NCBI GenBank assembly: GCA_033764955.1
Contig: JANRIL010000011.1
Coordinates: 32,001-96,000, forward strand
Direction: 5' to 3'
Origin: Cyanobacteriota bacterium
GTDB taxonomy: Bacteria; Cyanobacteriota; Cyanobacteriia; Thermostichales; Thermostichaceae
Length of the DNA: 64,000 nucleotides
A program made the translations under genes and the position numbers. This document shows, one piece after another, positions 59,219-64,000 of this stretch. The notes below the pieces were generated by a model. That model had not been told where the DNA came from, made no database searches, and saw only the letters and a program-made list of their open reading frames with translations. Within the stretch, counting starts at the first letter, position 1; each line of letters begins with the position of its first letter.

Positions 59219-61393
59219 ATGTTTGACATCCGAGAACGCATCGAGTTTGACCGCAATGGACGGGCGTTCTGTCCCAGTTGCGAGATTAAGAAGGGGCGCA
59301 GACCGAGGCAGAAATCGCTGGCGGTGGTGCCGGGATCTGGTGGTGCTTACATCTGTCATGCTGGATGCACGGTGGACGAGATCCGGGCGGCGGTGGGTCA
59401 GCCTAAGTCCTCATCCATGCCTTTCTCGCATCCACAACGACCACACGAGCAGGATCCACCTTTCTACACAGAATCTCAGGTGATGAAGAATGTCGGGATC
59501 CTGGTGAATGGTAAAACTCCTGATGCAGTGGCTGCTCGACAGTGGCTGGAAAAGCGCGGCTTCACCACGGACATGATCCTGCACAACAGGCTGGGTTTAT
59601 TGGGATCCCATCTGCAAATCCCCATCCCCACGGATGATTCCAATTCCCAATTTCACCTCAAGAGCCGCATCGCCCCTTGGACAGGGAATACGGCTTGGGC
59701 ACAGAAAGGGATCCCAGCGATGGTCTTCTTTACGCATAAACCAGAAGGCGCAACCCAAACCTGGCTATGTGAAGGGGAATGGGATGCCCTGCTCTTGGGT
59801 TGGAAAGTCAGAGAAGCTGGGATCCAAGATATCGCAGTGGCTACCTTTACCTGTGGCTGCAACGCTATCCCGATGCAACTGGAATTGGAGCGGTTGGTGG
59901 GAGAGGTGATTATTTTCTACGACCGTGACCAGCCGGGGCAAAACGGATCCGAGAAGTTAGCCAAAAAACTTGGATCCTGTGCCCGTATCGCCCAGGTGCC
60001 TGCACCGGATATTTTTCCTAAGGGCTGGGATGTTTCTGATGCGCTTAATGCTGGTTTCACTCTAAGAGATCTGCAACAAGCTGCTAACCAATCCACTCCC
60101 TATTTGGGGGATAAAAGTCCTGCCCAGGAAGTGTATGGAGATCTCCTTTCTCGACTGGAACGAGCCTATCAATTGGAGTCCGCTTCAGAGCGGATTTATC
60201 ATCTGGAATTGCTCAGCCGGGAAGTGCGGATCCCAACTCCCCGCCCGGCCTCGATGTGGATGAACCATATTGCGGAAAAGGACACCAAGGATCCGCTGGA
60301 AGTTCACCAGTTTGTGGATAAATCGCCCGAGCGTCGTCCCTTCTTGATTCCTGGTTTTCTCCCCACCGGAACGATTGTGGTGTTGGTGGCGGATGGCGGC
60401 ACCGGGAAAACCTTGTTAGCAAACAACCTCTGTTTGTCGATAGCCAAAGGCGGATCCTGGAATGGTAAGCCTGTGAAACAAGGACGGGTATTGATCATCC
60501 AATCGGATGAACCAGAACTGGAATGTGCGGCGCGTCTACGAGATGCCAATTTTCCAGACTTGGATCCTGGATGGGTTTATGTCAAAACTAACTGGCAGTT
60601 CTCGCAATTGCCATTGTTGAAGAAGTGGTTGCAGCAATACCAGCCTGCACTGGTGATGATTGACTCGCTGACGGCCACCAATCGCCACAGCGAAGCGGAA
60701 GAACGAGACACCGCTTATGGGCTGGTGCTTTATGAGCTACGGGATCTAGCCAATCAATATGGGACAACATTCTTGGTGCTGCACCATACCAACAAGCTAG
60801 GGATTGAACGAGGCACCACCGCGATCCGTGACAACGTGGGAGAAGTCTGGTTACTCAAGCACGGAGACAAAGGGGATCCGAGCAACTTAGAACGCAAGCT
60901 GGTCATCGACAAATCCCGCACCGGATGTAATGACACCCACACCCTGGAACTCAACGATGAGGATTTCTCTTGGATCCTCAAACCAAAGGATCCGAATCAA
61001 GAGGGCAAAACTCCTTTGGAAGATCGCTTGCTGGATTTTATGGAGCGGACTGCCGGGATCCCGCGTGAGATTGAGGAGATTGCCCATGAGTTTCATGTCA
61101 GTTGGAGCAGTGCCCGTCGTGCTCTCAAAAAGTTATGGCGACTGGGGTATGTCAATGAAGAGACTGTGCAATCTGGATCCGTGGGTAAACCGAAGAAGGT
61201 CTACACCCACCCCCTCGTGACTAATATTCCAAACCCAAGCCCAGAGCCGGATCCGAATATTATTCATCTTTCCCCTGATTCTGAATATTATTCCCAACCC
61301 AGTCCTGGAGAGGCTTCCGAATATTATTCAGGCTCCGCCTCGCTGACGCGAACACCAACTACTCCTGTGTATAACCCTGCTCGACCCTTCTGA
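59219..61393 (+). CDS. Primase-helicase replication protein (Zn finger, TOPRIM, RecA-like AAA, wHTH)
   Basis: CPSC..CHAGC, CEGEWDA, YDRDQPG, GWDVSD, ADGGTGKT, MIDSL, LHHTNK. Confidence 0.9.
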   Translation: MFDIRERIEFDRNGRAFCPSCEIKKGRRPRQKSLAVVPGSGGAYICHAGCTVDEIRAAVGQPKSSSMPFSHPQRPHEQDPPFYTESQVMKNVGILVNGKTPDAVAARQWLEKRGFTTDMILHNRLGLLGSHLQIPIPTDDSNSQFHLKSRIAPWTGNTAWAQKGIPAMVFFTHKPEGATQTWLCEGEWDALLLGWKVREAGIQDIAVATFTCGCNAIPMQLELERLVGEVIIFYDRDQPGQNGSEKLAKKLGSCARIAQVPAPDIFPKGWDVSDALNAGFTLRDLQQAANQSTPYLGDKSPAQEVYGDLLSRLERAYQLESASERIYHLELLSREVRIPTPRPASMWMNHIAEKDTKDPLEVHQFVDKSPERRPFLIPGFLPTGTIVVLVADGGTGKTLLANNLCLSIAKGGSWNGKPVKQGRVLIIQSDEPELECAARLRDANFPDLDPGWVYVKTNWQFSQLPLLKKWLQQYQPALVMIDSLTATNRHSEAEERDTAYGLVLYELRDLANQYGTTFLVLHHTNKLGIERGTTAIRDNVGEVWLLKHGDKGDPSNLERKLVIDKSRTGCNDTHTLELNDEDFSWILKPKDPNQEGKTPLEDRLLDFMERTAGIPREIEEIAHEFHVSWSSARRALKKLWRLGYVNEETVQSGSVGKPKKVYTHPLVTNIPNPSPEPDPNIIHLSPDSEYYSQPSPGEASEYYSGSASLTRTPTTPVYNPARPF
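61255..61329. repeat. Three GAATATTATTC inverted-repeat motifs in primase 3' end (candidate origin iterons)
   Basis: Copies at 61255, 61283, 61319. Confidence 0.65.
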
Positions 61394-61404
61394 GGATCCG
61401 CATC

Positions 61405-63531
61405 ATGGCAACAGCAACCAAGCTCAGAACCCCTAGAAACAAATCCGCCGAGGTGGAATGGAGCCATTACCAAGAAGCCATTTTTGATTGGGCAGCTCAC
61501 GGATCCGGTCATGCCCTGGTCAATGCCGTGGCGGGATCCGGCAAGACTCAAACCCTGCGCGGGCTGGTCAGTCGGATCCCTTCTGACAAGAAGGTGGCTG
61601 TCTTAGCTTTCAATAACCACATGGCGGCGGAGCTGGCAGCTAAACTACCCAAGCGGATTACCGTCAGCACGATCCACCGGATGGGAATGTTTATGCTGAC
61701 TCGCTACTTTCGGTCAACCTTCCAATGCAACGAGTCGAAGTATCACGATCTGGCGACGGCTGCGGTGGAGCAGTTACGACCCAACTTCGCCTCTCTGCCA
61801 TCCAAGGAGTTAAAAGCAGTTGAACGAGAATGTCGGGGATTCCTCAAAGAGATTATCCACTACCTGCAAATCACCCTGACAGATCCGACTGAGGAGAACA
61901 TCCACCAATTGATTGGACACTTTGGACTGGAGACACCAGATCCTGCATTACTGGAATTGCTCCTTCCTTTACCTGCCAAACTTCTCGACCAAGGCAAAGC
62001 GTTAGGGGTGGTTCGCGCCAGCGGCGACTTGTCGCATCAACAAAATATCGGGCTGGATGATCTGCTCTGGCTGCCGCATGTGTTAGACCTGCAACCTGTC
62101 CAGAAAGACTGGGTGCTTGTAGATGAAGCCCAAGACTTGAGCCGTGCCCAGTTGGAATTGGTGCTGAAACTCCCCTCTGAAACAGGACGGATGGTGTTTG
62201 TGGGGGATCCCCATCAAGCCATTTTCGGATTCGCGGGGTCGGACGATCAATCTTGGGAACGGATCCGTGAAGCAATCCAGCCCAAGGAATTTCCCCTTTC
62301 CATTACTTATCGCTGCCCCACATCCCATGTGGCACTGGCATCCCGCCTAGTTCCCCAAATCGAGGCTAGACCGAATGCCCCGGCGGGGACGATTTCCGTG
62401 ATCCATCCTGGCAGCATCAAGCACCAGGTCAAGGTGGGAGATTTGGTCATCTGCCGCTTCATGGCTCCCTTAATTGCCCTGTGCCTGAAACTGGTCATAA
62501 ACAGTGGGATCCCTGCCAAAGTGAGGGGACGAGATCTAGGTAAGATGCTCATTTCCTTGACCAAAGATGTGGCAGACCATTTCCCCCATAACTTCTTGTC
62601 TGAACTGCGAAATCACGTTGCTGCCAAGGTGGAAATCTACCAGCGGGATGGGAAGGAATCTGCCATTGAATCCATCCATGATCGATCCCTGGCATTGGAG
62701 TCTTGTTTTGAGGCATTCGGGCTGAAGTGTCGCACTGTCCAAGATTTCTGCCAACGGATTGAGGGATTATTTGATGATGATGCCCCGTTAGCCAACCATG
62801 TCATCCTAGCCACGATCCATCGGGCTAAAGGAGACGAAGCAGAACGAGTTTTTCTACTTAAATCCGACTCGATGCCTGCCACATACTTAACTATAACAAA
62901 CTGGCAAACCCAGCAAGAACTGCATCTGCTTTATGTAGCGCTGACTCGCTCGAAGGGATCCCTATTTCTGGTGCCCATGCCCAAGAAGGTGGATCTGATG
63001 GATGAGTTGTTGGTGGATCCGTTTGGTGGGATCCAGTTTCCTAAAAGTCCTCTCTCTATTCCAGAGCCAATTACTCCACCCGCTGTAGAGCAATCTGCTC
63101 TAGTCATTTCTGATTTTGACATTGAGGTGGATGCTCTGTACCAGGCCATGAGAAAGATGCTCTTGGAGTTTGTTGAGGTCGCTCAGGTTTGGCAAGCAGA
63201 TTTCCCAGAGCAAATGAAAGTCGTTTGGGTGCGGTTGGGATCCGAACTTAAAGGATCCAACTGGGGGATCCCCTTCCGTTTTCACCTGGAACAACCAGAA
63301 CCGAAATCCCGCTCACCAGCTAAATTTCTACCGTTTCTAAGGGTAGGGGATATCTGCCGTTACATTGGGCCAGATGGAGCGATGAGAGTAACCTGCCAGG
63401 GGCGGGATCTCAAGGTGCTTGAGGTGAAAGGATCCATAGCCACCGTCAAGGCCATAAAAGATTACTTTCACCACCACGAGTGGATCCGTCCTTATGACAT
63501 TGAGATCCAACATTTAAGAAAGAAATCTTGA
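61405..63531 (+). CDS. UvrD/Rep family SF1 helicase
   Basis: AVAGSGKT, DEAQD, VGDPHQAIFGF, TIHRAKG.E, YVALTR. Confidence 0.92.
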   Translation: MATATKLRTPRNKSAEVEWSHYQEAIFDWAAHGSGHALVNAVAGSGKTQTLRGLVSRIPSDKKVAVLAFNNHMAAELAAKLPKRITVSTIHRMGMFMLTRYFRSTFQCNESKYHDLATAAVEQLRPNFASLPSKELKAVERECRGFLKEIIHYLQITLTDPTEENIHQLIGHFGLETPDPALLELLLPLPAKLLDQGKALGVVRASGDLSHQQNIGLDDLLWLPHVLDLQPVQKDWVLVDEAQDLSRAQLELVLKLPSETGRMVFVGDPHQAIFGFAGSDDQSWERIREAIQPKEFPLSITYRCPTSHVALASRLVPQIEARPNAPAGTISVIHPGSIKHQVKVGDLVICRFMAPLIALCLKLVINSGIPAKVRGRDLGKMLISLTKDVADHFPHNFLSELRNHVAAKVEIYQRDGKESAIESIHDRSLALESCFEAFGLKCRTVQDFCQRIEGLFDDDAPLANHVILATIHRAKGDEAERVFLLKSDSMPATYLTITNWQTQQELHLLYVALTRSKGSLFLVPMPKKVDLMDELLVDPFGGIQFPKSPLSIPEPITPPAVEQSALVISDFDIEVDALYQAMRKMLLEFVEVAQVWQADFPEQMKVVWVRLGSELKGSNWGIPFRFHLEQPEPKSRSPAKFLPFLRVGDICRYIGPDGAMRVTCQGRDLKVLEVKGSIATVKAIKDYFHHHEWIRPYDIEIQHLRKKS

Positions 63532-63574
63532 GATCGTAGTTCTTCAATCAAACCCTTGGCTTTGAAAGAGGTAA

Positions 63575-63805
63575 GTGATGAAAAAGATCAGACCCAAATT
63601 AGACCAAAACTGGATCTCAACCCTACAACTGGCTAAAGCTTTAGGTGTTTGCACCAAAACTCTCTACCGACTCAAAAATAGTGGTGCCCTTAAACCTGGG
63701 AAGCACTACATCATTGTCAGCGTCTCATCGGCTATCAGACCTACTTTTCGTTGGCATCTCGAAAGGTGCGAGTTGGCAATGGGAATCACCTTAGAAAAAC
63801 GCTAA
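63575..63805 (+). CDS. Excisionase-like HTH protein
   Basis: WISTLQLAKALGVCTKTLYRL; convergent with integrase. Confidence 0.7.
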   Translation: MMKKIRPKLDQNWISTLQLAKALGVCTKTLYRLKNSGALKPGKHYIIVSVSSAIRPTFRWHLERCELAMGITLEKR

Positions 63806-64000
63806 TCAGAAACCCAGATCGGGCACCGAAACTGTCTCAACCTTGCCTGCATAGTGACGATGAATCACTTCCGGTTTATTCCCAACCCATTCAGATACTT
63901 GTCTGTAAGTGGCATCCTTCCGCTCAATACAATGGCTAATAAAGGTATCCCGCATCGCATAGGGTTCACGATAATGGCTAACCTTGCCTTCTTCGACCAA
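63806..64000 (-). CDS. Tyrosine recombinase/integrase, C-terminal end (truncated by window)
   Basis: YREPYAMRDTFISH...WVGNKPEVIHRHY matches box II and catalytic Tyr of cyanobacterial integrases. Confidence 0.8.
   Translation of the reverse strand: MVEEGKVSHYREPYAMRDTFISHCIERKDATYRQVSEWVGNKPEVIHRHYAGKVETVSVPDLGF

Larger units (their letters stand above)
24278..64000. mobile_element. tRNA-Phe-integrated element (satellite/prophage-like, at least 39.7 kb, open at right edge)
   Basis: att fragment at left; integrase, excisionase, primase-helicase, repressor/Ner and defence cargo inside. Confidence 0.85.

Noticed and set aside
24324..64000. Complete tailed prophage or conjugative ICE
   Set aside because: No recognisable terminase, portal, HK97 capsid, tail, relaxase or T4SS genes in the window

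Overview
Cyanobacterial chromosomal window. The octamer GGGATCCC is heavily over-represented, the HIP-type signature known from hot-spring Synechococcus/Thermostichus-like genomes. Bases 1-21.6 kb are housekeeping genes: two desC-type desaturases, argB, an ETF pair, wecB, a histidine kinase, tsaB, mltG and others. Bases 21.6-24.3 kb are a decayed island remnant with an attC-like site, a truncated low-GC gene and a phosphorothioation-associated methyltransferase pseudogene. A 46-bp duplicated 3' half of tRNA-Phe at 24278-24323 marks the left end of an integrated element of at least 39.7 kb, whose tyrosine integrase runs off the right edge. The element carries: (i) a class I DISARM locus with a methyltransferase split by a toxin-antitoxin pair and an extra 2493-aa exonuclease-RecQ-UvrD fusion; (ii) an array of small genes, most preceded by an 18-nt motif AGTCCTACGG-N5-GTG; (iii) a four-gene module of a putative structural protein, two holin-like proteins and an M15 endolysin; (iv) a variable defence-like slot (FRG gene, DUF488 pair); and (v) a repressor/Ner switch, primase-helicase, UvrD helicase, excisionase and integrase. 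I recognise no terminase, portal, tail or conjugation genes. All family assignments come from motif recognition by eye, not database searches.
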